A stretch of 64,000 bases of DNA, from assembly GCA_040390065.1 (NCBI GenBank), contig JAZJZE010000005.1, positions 1 to 64,000 of the forward strand, in the 5' to 3' direction. Shown here piece by piece: positions 40,815 to 49,763 of this stretch; the stretch's first letter is position 1; every line of letters begins with the position of its first letter. The notes beneath the pieces were generated by a model. It saw only the letters and a list, made by a program, of their open reading frames with translations, made no database searches and had not been told where the DNA came from. This DNA comes from a bacterium (lineage in GTDB: Archaea; Thermoplasmatota; E2; JACPAO01; JAHFTW01). Made by a program: the position numbers and the translations under genes.

Positions 40815-43700
40815 ATGCTTGGCCGCCCGCGCCTTCCGCTGTGGTTGACCGTCGTCGTCATCGCCCTCATGGCCGTTCCGTCGACGAGCGCGCAGTACTC
40901 CACGTATGGAACCTTTGTCCTGACCGCGGACGCCGACGCAAGCCACATGCCCAACGTGGCCAGCGGCAGTGCGGTCTTTGCCTTCAACGATGCCACGGCC
41001 GACTGCCAAGTCCAGAACACGGAACGCGTCTACATGGACCGCGACGGCACTGGAACCGTCACGCTGGGCGACGTGCGCATCACCGTGGGCAGCCCAGCCG
41101 TCGGGACGGCCATGCAGGTCGTCACGAGCGGCGCGACGGATCTCACGAATGTGCTCAAGGCGGCCATCGGCGGCGTCTCCCCGGCCTGCGCGGGCACCAA
41201 CCTAGGCGACCTCCTCTTCTACAAGGAATTCTACAGTGGGGCCCGCACGGTCACGACGGGCTTCACGGTGAGCGGAAAGGGCGCCTATCTCGACCTCAAC
41301 GCCAACGGGCGCGTGGACACGAACGACGTTCGCCTTGCCGCAGTCAGCGCAACCGCAGGCACCTTCGTGGCGGCCGAAGCGGACGCCGACCCGGGTGCCT
41401 TGACCACGACGGAGTACACGGCAAACGCCGACTGTATCTACCTGTCCGCCGACGCCCTCGTCGGGACGGGCGACACGCGCCTCGGCCGCTGCGGCGAGTA
41501 CCTCGACGCGTCGGTCGTCGCCTGCGCGGCGCCCGTCTTGGACACAGACTGCGGCCAGACCCTCCTCACAATCGCCAATGCGCGCCTCGGCGCCAACGGC
41601 AAGTACTACGACGACATCGATGCTTCGGGCGTCGTCCCGAACACGGGCGACCGCCGGCTGCAGCCCGTGGGCGCTCTCGTCGAGGGGACGGCGCTGGCAT
41701 GCGGCACGCCGGATGCCGACTGCGCCGCGGCCAACCCGTACGGGGCGGCCCTTACGACCGTCCGTTACTCGCGACGCGGCTACGACTTGTCGGCTCCCGC
41801 CATCCTCGCCTTCGACACGAACGACGACGGAACCTTGCCGGAAATCGTCCTCGTGGACCGCGACGCAAACGGCGTTCCCTCCATCGGCGACTTGCGCCTC
41901 AACGGCGGCACCTTCGTCCTGCAGGCCGATGCCGACGTCGTCCACAAGCTGCTGACGCCAGGCACACCACCTATTCTTGCCTACCAAGGCACGCCCTCTG
42001 CGCCCACCGCCGTCGCCCTCATCACGGACGCCACGAATGGCGGCAGCTCGCTCGACCAGGAGGACGTCGTCCTTTTCCTTTCCGGCTGCACCGTCGGCAG
42101 CATCGTCCGCTCCACTGCTGCGTGCAACCCGGCAGGAACTTGGAACTCGGTGGCCGGAACGGCCATCGCGAACATCAAGTACCGCGAATCCGGCGCCGGT
42201 GCAGGCTTCGGCGCGGGGGACACGCTGTACGCCAGCCTTGGCGCCACGTCGACCAACGTGGACACCGACGACCTTCGCCTGACGGCCTACTCGACCGGCA
42301 CACCGGGAACCCTGGTCGGGGCAGGCCTGACCGGTGAATCCGGCAGCGCGCTCCTGGCAATCGCCGGCTCAATCATCCGCGTCCTTGACATGGACGGAAG
42401 TGGGACGATCACGCCGGGCGACGTGCCCATCGTTGATGCCAACAACGACGCCTACCTCTCACAGAGCGACGTGCCCGTGGCCACCGGCATCACGAACGTG
42501 GCCTTCGGCACGATTGCGCCGGCCGGCAATGCGGCCGTGGTGCACCAGCTCGTTGCCATCGGCACCCACAACCAGGGCACCGGGAGCCCATGGGCCGTCA
42601 AGTACCTCGACAACGACGGCAGCGGCGGGCCGAGCCTCAACGACCCCATCTACCTTCACGTCGCAAGCCCAGACCTGAAGTGGCGCCTCAGCGCCAACTC
42701 CAACGGCCTCGCAGCGGGGACGTTTGCGTCCACTGAAAGCCCCGCCCTGTTTACCAGTCTCACGGCCACGGGCGTCTGCACAAATCCCATCGCGTACGCG
42801 GAGGTCGCCGGCGCCGGCTTCAGTTCGGAGGATGACGTCTACGTGGACGTTGCCGGCTGCGGCAGCATCGGCACGGGCGACATCTACCTGAAGAAGTCGG
42901 GGAAGACGCCGGGCCTCAAGGTTGGCGGGTCCGACACGCAGGGCGGCATCCTAACAGCCATCACGACGACAGCGTTGTCGTACTTCGACCTGGATGCCAC
43001 GGCGGCCCTGAGCGGCGGGGACCTTCTGTACCTCGACGCGGACACGCCGGCTGGCCTCGTCTCCCTCTTCGACTTCCGCCTCTCCGGCACCGGCGGCACG
43101 ACGACGCTTGGCTCCGTGGCCCCGCCGCCTCCGCCGCCCCCGCCACCGCCGCCGCCGGTCACGCCGCCCGTGACGCCTCCTGTCACGCCGCCGGCCACGC
43201 CGCCTGCGACGCCGCCGGCAACGCCCCCAGCGACTCCGCCAGCCACGCCGCCAGCCACGCCGTCCAGCGTCGACCTTGCCAGCGTCAACGGCGCGCTTGC
43301 CTCGACCCTGAAGGTCACGCATGTCGGCAACGACAACGTCCTGCAGTGGACTCCGCAGACAGGCGTCCTCGGCTACCAAGTGTGGAGCAGCAGCAGCCCA
43401 TGGGTCAAGGTCACCGACCTGCCGGGCCCCACGACCTCCACCTACACGGACGTGAACTCGCCGGCGACGACGAAGTACACGGTCACGGCATACACCGGCC
43501 TGTCGGCCACGTTCGGCTACTTGACGGACATCAACACACAGGCCGTCCCCGGCTACAGCACGGTCCCGGCGGGAACCTCCGCGGCCGGATCCTCGCTGTC
43601 CTCGACGACCGGCGGGCAGTCGAAGGTCCCCGGCTTCGAGACCGTCGTCCTGGTGGGTGCGGTGGCAATCGCTCTCCTCCTCGTGCGGCGCCGCAAGTAG
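40815..43700 (+). CDS. Second PGF-CTERM surface protein with related Asp-rich repeats, Pro/Thr linker and FN3-like domain
   Basis: TTTATA at 40785; YLDLNANGRVDTNDVRL-type repeats; PPVT/PPAT run; VPGFETVVLVGAVAIALLLVRRRK. Confidence 0.87.
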   Translation: MLGRPRLPLWLTVVVIALMAVPSTSAQYSTYGTFVLTADADASHMPNVASGSAVFAFNDATADCQVQNTERVYMDRDGTGTVTLGDVRITVGSPAVGTAMQVVTSGATDLTNVLKAAIGGVSPACAGTNLGDLLFYKEFYSGARTVTTGFTVSGKGAYLDLNANGRVDTNDVRLAAVSATAGTFVAAEADADPGALTTTEYTANADCIYLSADALVGTGDTRLGRCGEYLDASVVACAAPVLDTDCGQTLLTIANARLGANGKYYDDIDASGVVPNTGDRRLQPVGALVEGTALACGTPDADCAAANPYGAALTTVRYSRRGYDLSAPAILAFDTNDDGTLPEIVLVDRDANGVPSIGDLRLNGGTFVLQADADVVHKLLTPGTPPILAYQGTPSAPTAVALITDATNGGSSLDQEDVVLFLSGCTVGSIVRSTAACNPAGTWNSVAGTAIANIKYRESGAGAGFGAGDTLYASLGATSTNVDTDDLRLTAYSTGTPGTLVGAGLTGESGSALLAIAGSIIRVLDMDGSGTITPGDVPIVDANNDAYLSQSDVPVATGITNVAFGTIAPAGNAAVVHQLVAIGTHNQGTGSPWAVKYLDNDGSGGPSLNDPIYLHVASPDLKWRLSANSNGLAAGTFASTESPALFTSLTATGVCTNPIAYAEVAGAGFSSEDDVYVDVAGCGSIGTGDIYLKKSGKTPGLKVGGSDTQGGILTAITTTALSYFDLDATAALSGGDLLYLDADTPAGLVSLFDFRLSGTGGTTTLGSVAPPPPPPPPPPPPVTPPVTPPVTPPATPPATPPATPPATPPATPPATPSSVDLASVNGALASTLKVTHVGNDNVLQWTPQTGVLGYQVWSSSSPWVKVTDLPGPTTSTYTDVNSPATTKYTVTAYTGLSATFGYLTDINTQAVPGYSTVPAGTSAAGSSLSSTTGGQSKVPGFETVVLVGAVAIALLLVRRRK

Positions 43701-43794
43701 GCCGTCACAGCCGGTTGCACCGCCCGGTCTGGCGGGGCGTCCCCCGACGAATCCCCTCCGGTTTTTCTACCACGACGGAGTGGGTTCTCTAGCC

Positions 43795-46700
43795 GTGGCG
43801 CCCCTGCTCTCCGTGGTCATCCCCACGTACAACGAGGCGGCCAACATCGGGCCGCTGTTGGGGGAGCTTCGGCGCGTCATGGCGGGCCTGGAGGTCGAGT
43901 TCATCGTCGTCGACGACGACTCGCGCGACGGCACGTCAGAGAAAGCGCGCCTGGCCGAGCCAAGGGCCCGCATCATCGTCAGGAAAGGCGAACGCGGTCT
44001 AGCCACGGCCGTCGTGCGCGGTATCCGGGAAGCGCATGGCACCTTCGTCGCCGTCATGGACGCTGACTTCCAGCATCCGCCGGCCGCGGTGCGGGCCATG
44101 CTCGACCGGGCCGTGCGGACGCAGGCGGACCTCGTGGTCGGCTCGCGCTATGCGCCGGGCGGTTCCCAGGGCAACTTCGGGGCCGTCCGCAGCACCATCT
44201 CCAAGGGCGCCCGCCTCATCGCCAAGACGGCGCTCCCACCAATCCGGAACTTCAAGCTCACGGACCCGATGAGCGGCCTTTTCCTGGTGCGCCGCGACCG
44301 GGTCGACGCGGGCGCCCTCCGGCCGACCGGATACAAGATCCTCCTCGAGATCCTCGGCAAGGCGGACCTGCGCCGCGTCGAGGAGGTCGGCTACCGCTTC
44401 CAGGACCGGCGGGGCGGGGCGTCGAAGCTGGGGGGCGGAGTCATGCTGCAGTTCCTGGTGCACGTCCTCGGCCTTGGCCTCACGCACCCCGAGAACCAGA
44501 GGATCCTGCGCTTCATGCTGGTGGGTGCCAGCGGCATCGTCGTCAACCTCGGCGTCCTGTTCGTCCTGCACGGCTTGTTCGGCATCGAGGTGACACCGGC
44601 CTTCGCGAGCGCTGCGGGGCTCAGCATCCTCACGAATTTCCTATTGAACGACGCCTTCACCTTCCGCGACCGCGCGAAGGCGCCATGGATCGCCCGGCTT
44701 GGCATGTTCTTCCTCGTGAGCCTCGGCGGCATGCTCACGACGTTTGCGGCGCTCTTCGTGTTGTACTACCTCATCGGCATGAACTACCTCGTTGCCGACG
44801 GCTTGGCGATCGTGGCGGGATTCGCCGTGAACTATGCCGGAAATCTCGGCTTCACGTACGGCACGAAGCGCCCGGCCGCGCGTGACTGGGTTCCCATCGT
44901 CGTGCTGATCGTCGCCTCGGGAGGGCTGTACTTCTCCGCCCTCGACTCCGTGGAGGGCATCTACTTCGACGAATCGTACTACCTCGTCGTCGCCCACCAG
45001 ATGGACAGCGGCATGTGGGAGGACCCGTGCCTGCACGACGCCAAGGGCCTCGACCCCGCGCCGCTCAACTACGAGCATCCACCGCTTGCCAAACTCATCA
45101 TGTACGCCTCGGTGCACGCCTACGACTCATACCATGGCGTCTTCCTCGGCTGCCGCATGCCGGACAACGACAACCCGGCCGTTCGCCCCGCCATCTGCTT
45201 CACCGATCCGGAAGGACACACGAGCGCCACGTACGACGACGCCAACGAACGCATCAGCAAGGGGGACAAGTTCGACAACGGCCCGACCTGCTACCACGCC
45301 TGGTCGCACGAGATGCGCTACCGCGGCAACGCCTTCGCGTGGCGTGGACCAAGCGCCGTGATGGGCGTCGTGACGGTGACGTTCATCGCCCTCGCAGCGC
45401 GCCGGCTCTTCCAGAGCAACCTGGCCGGAATGCTCGCCGGCTCCTTCGTCCTCTTGGACAACCTCGTCCTGACGTCCAGCCGCATCGCACTCTTGGACAT
45501 CTTCGCCGCGGGATTCACGGCCATGGCCGTCTACTTCGCGACGTCGCCGACGAAGAAGGGCATCGTCGCCACCACCATCTTCCTCGGCCTGGGATTCTCC
45601 TGCAAGTTCTACGTGCTCTTCGCCGGCCCGCCCATCCTCCTCCTGTCGCTCTGGATCCACCACCGCGCCGGCCTGCTGCGCATGGGACGCTTCACGCTGC
45701 ACATGCTTGCGTACCCACTCATCCCACTGGGCGTCTTCGTCGCGACGTACCTGCCCTGGCTCATCCGCTGGTCGCAGTCGCACAACATCGGCTGGGCGGT
45801 CGGCCACTTCTTCGCCGTCAACGCAGCCGCAATCTCCTGGGATACAACGGGCCTGCAGACGCACACGTACCTCAGCCCGCCGTCGGAATGGCTCAGCATG
45901 ACGACGCCGATGAACTACATCCACGCGGCCACGAACTACGACGTCTCCGACGGCACCCACTACACGTTGTATCGCGACATCTACGCCATGGGAAATCCCG
46001 CGCTGTGGTGGGGCGCGACGGCCGCCGTCGTCGCAATCTTGTGCCTCGTTGCCTACCGCTTGGCCCGTGCGGCCATGCCGCGGCCCATCCAAGCGCCGGT
46101 CCCGACTTCCCCTGCGCGCCTCGGAGCGGTCTCATTGCCCTCGCCCCCGCGACCGATGGACGCGCAACGACCGGTCGTCATTCCTGGGGCCCCGCCCCTT
46201 GCACGCGCGATGGCGCCCGCGCCGCGCGCCCTTCAGCCGCTGGACGCGCGCGCCCAGATCGCCGGCGGCCTCGGGCTGCTCGCCTCGTTCTTGCTGGTCC
46301 TCGTCGGTCTGGCCACTCTTCGCATCCTGCCCGCGGCCTTGACGTTCTCGGCCGGGGGACTGGCGTTCGGCATCTTGGCGTTCGTCCTCGCCGTGGCGCA
46401 GACGGCAAGCAGCATCGCCCTTTTCGGCCGGGGCCACGCCGCGACCCCCATGCAGATCGTCGTGGCGATGGCAACGTTCCTCGTCACAATCGCGTTCATG
46501 GTCCCGAGTGGCCAAGGCATTGACCTCATCCTCGGCCTTCTCCTCGCCCTGGACGTCGCCGTCCTGGCCCTGCTTGCCTTGCGCGACTTCGTGCGCCTGC
46601 CGCCGGCAACGCAGGCCCTGCTCCTTGGCGCCCTCGTGCCCATGATGACCTTTCTCGGCTTCTTCGCGCTCCTGAAGGGTGGCCGCTCCATGTTCATCTT

Positions 46701-47007
46701 CTACATGACCGAGGTCGCGCCCCTCATGGCGCTGGTGCTGGGCGGGGCCGTCGCGCATCTATGGCGTCGCGTTCGCTGGGGCAAGCCCGCAGCCCTCGCC
46801 ACGATTGCCCTCGTGGCCTTCGCCTTCGTGTGGTTCCTGCCCGTGACGATCTACCTCGAGCTTCCCCGCGAGGGATTCCGCTGGATGGACCTGCCAATCC
46901 CCGGAACCGGCATCTCGATTCCATACCCCGGCATCGGGTTCCACGACATCATGGGACTCGTTCCGTGGATGCACGAATGCGGCGCGGGCGGCGCATGCGT
47001 GCCGTGA
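43795..47007 (+). CDS. Fusion: GT2 polyprenol-P-mannose synthase-like + GtrA-like + PMT/GT39 protein mannosyltransferase-like
   Basis: VIPTYNEAANI, VDDDSRDGT, MDADFQHPP; RFMLVGASGIVVNLG..NFLLNDAFTFRD; YFDESYY, EHPPLAK, SRIALLDIF, HTYLSPPSEW, GNPALWW, RSMFIFYM. Confidence 0.9.
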   Translation: MAPLLSVVIPTYNEAANIGPLLGELRRVMAGLEVEFIVVDDDSRDGTSEKARLAEPRARIIVRKGERGLATAVVRGIREAHGTFVAVMDADFQHPPAAVRAMLDRAVRTQADLVVGSRYAPGGSQGNFGAVRSTISKGARLIAKTALPPIRNFKLTDPMSGLFLVRRDRVDAGALRPTGYKILLEILGKADLRRVEEVGYRFQDRRGGASKLGGGVMLQFLVHVLGLGLTHPENQRILRFMLVGASGIVVNLGVLFVLHGLFGIEVTPAFASAAGLSILTNFLLNDAFTFRDRAKAPWIARLGMFFLVSLGGMLTTFAALFVLYYLIGMNYLVADGLAIVAGFAVNYAGNLGFTYGTKRPAARDWVPIVVLIVASGGLYFSALDSVEGIYFDESYYLVVAHQMDSGMWEDPCLHDAKGLDPAPLNYEHPPLAKLIMYASVHAYDSYHGVFLGCRMPDNDNPAVRPAICFTDPEGHTSATYDDANERISKGDKFDNGPTCYHAWSHEMRYRGNAFAWRGPSAVMGVVTVTFIALAARRLFQSNLAGMLAGSFVLLDNLVLTSSRIALLDIFAAGFTAMAVYFATSPTKKGIVATTIFLGLGFSCKFYVLFAGPPILLLSLWIHHRAGLLRMGRFTLHMLAYPLIPLGVFVATYLPWLIRWSQSHNIGWAVGHFFAVNAAAISWDTTGLQTHTYLSPPSEWLSMTTPMNYIHAATNYDVSDGTHYTLYRDIYAMGNPALWWGATAAVVAILCLVAYRLARAAMPRPIQAPVPTSPARLGAVSLPSPPRPMDAQRPVVIPGAPPLARAMAPAPRALQPLDARAQIAGGLGLLASFLLVLVGLATLRILPAALTFSAGGLAFGILAFVLAVAQTASSIALFGRGHAATPMQIVVAMATFLVTIAFMVPSGQGIDLILGLLLALDVAVLALLALRDFVRLPPATQALLLGALVPMMTFLGFFALLKGGRSMFIFYMTEVAPLMALVLGGAVAHLWRRVRWGKPAALATIALVAFAFVWFLPVTIYLELPREGFRWMDLPIPGTGISIPYPGIGFHDIMGLVPWMHECGAGGACVP

Positions 47008-47184
47008 GGGCATTCCGCAGAATCCCTCCGGTCGGTCATCCACCTGGAAACCCGCAGATTGGCCCAGCCGGCTTGGTCAATCGGCGGAATCTGCTCCCAG
47101 TCAGCGCCATTGCAGGACGTGCAAGAGCTCACCAGGACGATGCCTGAACTCTCAGCGGAATCTGTGGACAAGCGGCGCCAGGCG

Positions 47185-48270
47185 CTAGCGCTTCAAGTGC
47201 GCCTTCAACGCCTTGATCTCGCGGATCTCGGCCGGGTCTTCGCCCTTCAGGGCCGCGACGTAGACGGACGTGTAGTCGAGGAACTGCAGCATGCGCGCCT
47301 GCTCGACGACGTGCTCGCCGAAGGTCTCGATGGGTCGCGCAACCTTGTTGGTCCACGGCACGCCCCAGCCACGGTAGCGCTCCTCCATGTAGGCAAGGCG
47401 CTTGCGCAGTTGCGGGTTCTGGCCTTCGTGGCTAAGGCAGAGGACCGTGAAGTGGCGGCGGTTCTCGACGTCGCCGCCCCAACCGGTCAAGTCGTTGTGG
47501 TTGGATTCCGGGACGAGGTCGACGTCGGCGATCTTCTTGGCATTCTCGTTCAGCATGCCGCGGAAATGCAGGCCGACGCCGTAGAACGCCGGTGTCGCGT
47601 AGATCTGGGGAATCGGCCGCCACAGTTCACGCGCCAGCTTCTTGGCCGGGTTCTTGGCTTCCGGCACGTCGGGACCGCAGGCGGCATCGACCTCCTGGAC
47701 GGCCTTGACCGCTTGGCGAATGGGGACGGCGCCATGCAGGAGGCCGGAACCCTCGAGGAAACCGAGGACCGAGAACCACGTGTACCCGAAGGCGGCACGC
47801 GGCTGGTAACCGGCCGGCTGCGGCACGATGCGGTCGACGAGGCTCGCCAAGGTCCCGCCCGTGCAGAACGCCGTCACGGGCACACCGCGCTCCAGGCTCG
47901 TGCGCACGACCTGCAAGGTCTCCTCCGTCTCGCCCGAGTACGAGATGGCCAGCGTGTGCCAGCCCTTCTTCACGTGGTGGGGGAACTGGTAGTGCTTGAC
48001 GACGGAGAACGGGATGTCGAGGGCCCGGGTGGCTGCGTCCTTCACCAGGTTGGCGCACATGCCCGAGAAGCCCATGCCGGCAAACAGCAGTCCCTTTGCC
48101 TTGAGCAGGTCGGGAGCGGCCTTCGACCCGGAGTCGAAGCCCTCCCGGAGGAGACGGGCCTTGGCCTGGATGGACGGCATGAAGCCCGACGGGTCGCGCA
48201 GCGCCGGCTCGCCGTTGCGGCCGGGCCCGCGCCCTGCAAGGGCAGCAGTGGGTGCCGGTTTGCGGGCCAC
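47185..48270 (-). CDS. Bifunctional phosphoglucose/phosphomannose isomerase (SIS)
   Basis: GMGFSG, SYSGETEET, TGG, QPRAA, NENAK, PESNHN, IKALK; start may be later than given. Confidence 0.88.
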   Translation of the reverse strand: MARKPAPTAALAGRGPGRNGEPALRDPSGFMPSIQAKARLLREGFDSGSKAAPDLLKAKGLLFAGMGFSGMCANLVKDAATRALDIPFSVVKHYQFPHHVKKGWHTLAISYSGETEETLQVVRTSLERGVPVTAFCTGGTLASLVDRIVPQPAGYQPRAAFGYTWFSVLGFLEGSGLLHGAVPIRQAVKAVQEVDAACGPDVPEAKNPAKKLARELWRPIPQIYATPAFYGVGLHFRGMLNENAKKIADVDLVPESNHNDLTGWGGDVENRRHFTVLCLSHEGQNPQLRKRLAYMEERYRGWGVPWTNKVARPIETFGEHVVEQARMLQFLDYTSVYVAALKGEDPAEIREIKALKAHLKR

Positions 48271-48382
48271 GCTCGCGCCCAGCGGTGTCCACCTCTAGAA
48301 GCCTTTCATGACGCCAGGAGCGGGACGGGATGCGGAAGGCAACGTTTCTAATGAGGACCAAGGTTGGTTGGCCCGGAACTGC

Positions 48383-49420
48383 ATGGCACGGGACCCGCAA
48401 CTCCTCAAGCGCAACCTGCTGGTGCTGCCGGGCGGCCTGCTTGCCTTCTTCGCGACCCTGGGCCTCGTCTACTTCCTGGCCGTGCGCCCCCGAGGAGGCC
48501 TGCCGTGCGCCAAGTACACGCAGGTCCTGTACCACGGATCGTGCTACACGACGACCGGCTTCCTCGTGGGCATGCTCCTGGTCGGCCTCATCCTCGTCGC
48601 CGTCGGCCTCGTGGTGTTCCGCAGCAAGCCAAAGGTCCTGGTCGACCACCTCTACCACGGGACGCCCTCGCATTTCGGGCTGGCTCTCTTGGCCGCCTTC
48701 GCCGCAATCCCCTTCCTGGCATACGTCATCGTGCTCTACCTCGAAAGGGCGCTCGAGACGACGTACGTCATGAACGTCCCGGGTACAAGCGGCGACGGCG
48801 CCCCGACGATCACCTTGCACGTCGTGCTCGGCTGCATCCTTCTCGCGGCCCTGGTCGCCCTCGTTCCATACTGCCTCCTCATGGTCGCGCAAGGCCAGTT
48901 GCGGCGCCGCTTCCTGCGCGAGGCAGAGACATACGAGGAGCCGGAAGCAGCCTTCCCCGGCGAACCCGCCGAGGCTCCCGCCGACCTCGGCTGGCAGGAA
49001 CAGCCCCCCGCCGCGGCCCCCCCTCCAGAAGAGTTCGTCGACGAAGCCATGTGGCCCGGCTCGCGAGACAGTCCCGAAGTCGAAGCGGCACCTGTCGAAG
49101 GCATGCAGACCGGCGAGACTGCGACCACGGAGGATGCGGCCTGGACGCCGCCGCCCGTCGTGCCCGGTCCGCCGCCCGTCGTGATGCCGGTCGCAGTCCG
49201 CAAGCCGACGGGACCGACGGTCCGCCCTGCCCCCATCGTGCCGCAAGCCCCCGGCTGCCGTGCGATGCGCGCCAACGGCATGGAGTGCGGCGAGCCCGTG
49301 GGCCCAGGTGGCCGCTACTGTCTGCGGCACGCCTGCCAGGGCCGCACCGCCAGCGGCTCGCCGTGCCGGAACCCGGCGCTCGAAGGCGGCACGCGCTGCC
49401 GCGCCCACTCGTCGAGCTGA
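48383..49420 (+). CDS. Four-TM protein with acidic/Pro linker and two C-terminal C3H zinc-finger-like motifs
   Basis: CRAMRANGMECGEPVGPGGRYCLRH and CQGRTASGSPCRNPALEGGTRCRAH. Confidence 0.72.
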   Translation: MARDPQLLKRNLLVLPGGLLAFFATLGLVYFLAVRPRGGLPCAKYTQVLYHGSCYTTTGFLVGMLLVGLILVAVGLVVFRSKPKVLVDHLYHGTPSHFGLALLAAFAAIPFLAYVIVLYLERALETTYVMNVPGTSGDGAPTITLHVVLGCILLAALVALVPYCLLMVAQGQLRRRFLREAETYEEPEAAFPGEPAEAPADLGWQEQPPAAAPPPEEFVDEAMWPGSRDSPEVEAAPVEGMQTGETATTEDAAWTPPPVVPGPPPVVMPVAVRKPTGPTVRPAPIVPQAPGCRAMRANGMECGEPVGPGGRYCLRHACQGRTASGSPCRNPALEGGTRCRAHSSS

Positions 49421-49468
49421 CGGTCGCCGCCGCGCAAGTTCTTTAGCAACCTCCTCCTGGCGCAGCCC

Positions 49469-49762
49469 ATGGGAATCCTCGGCCTCGGGACGGATGAACT
49501 CATCATCGTCCTGGTCGTCATCGTGCTCCTGTTCGGGGCGGCCAACATCCCGAAACTGGCGCGCAGCCTCGGCAGGGCGAAGGGCGAGTTCAACAAGGCC
49601 CGGGCGGAATTTGCCACGGAGGCCCAGAAGGCCGAGGCTGAGGCTGCAGCGCCCGCCGTCGGGGAGGAGCAAGTCCGCAAGACGGCCCGGGGCCTGGGCA
49701 TCGACGATGCAGGCAAGTCCACCGACGAAGTCAAGCGCCTCATCCAGCAGAAGCTCGCTTGA
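49469..49762 (+). CDS. tatA: Twin-arginine translocase TatA
   Basis: LGTDELIIVLVVIVLLFGA..IPKLARSLGRAKGEF. Confidence 0.92.
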   Translation: MGILGLGTDELIIVLVVIVLLFGAANIPKLARSLGRAKGEFNKARAEFATEAQKAEAEAAAPAVGEEQVRKTARGLGIDDAGKSTDEVKRLIQQKLA

Positions 49763-49763
49763 T

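Noticed and set aside
36370-42337. Long Arg/Pro-rich alternative-frame ORFs (e.g. 36370-38745, 40214-42337; similar ones across the window)
   Set aside because: Shadow ORFs expected at high GC; they overlap well-supported genes and lack motifs
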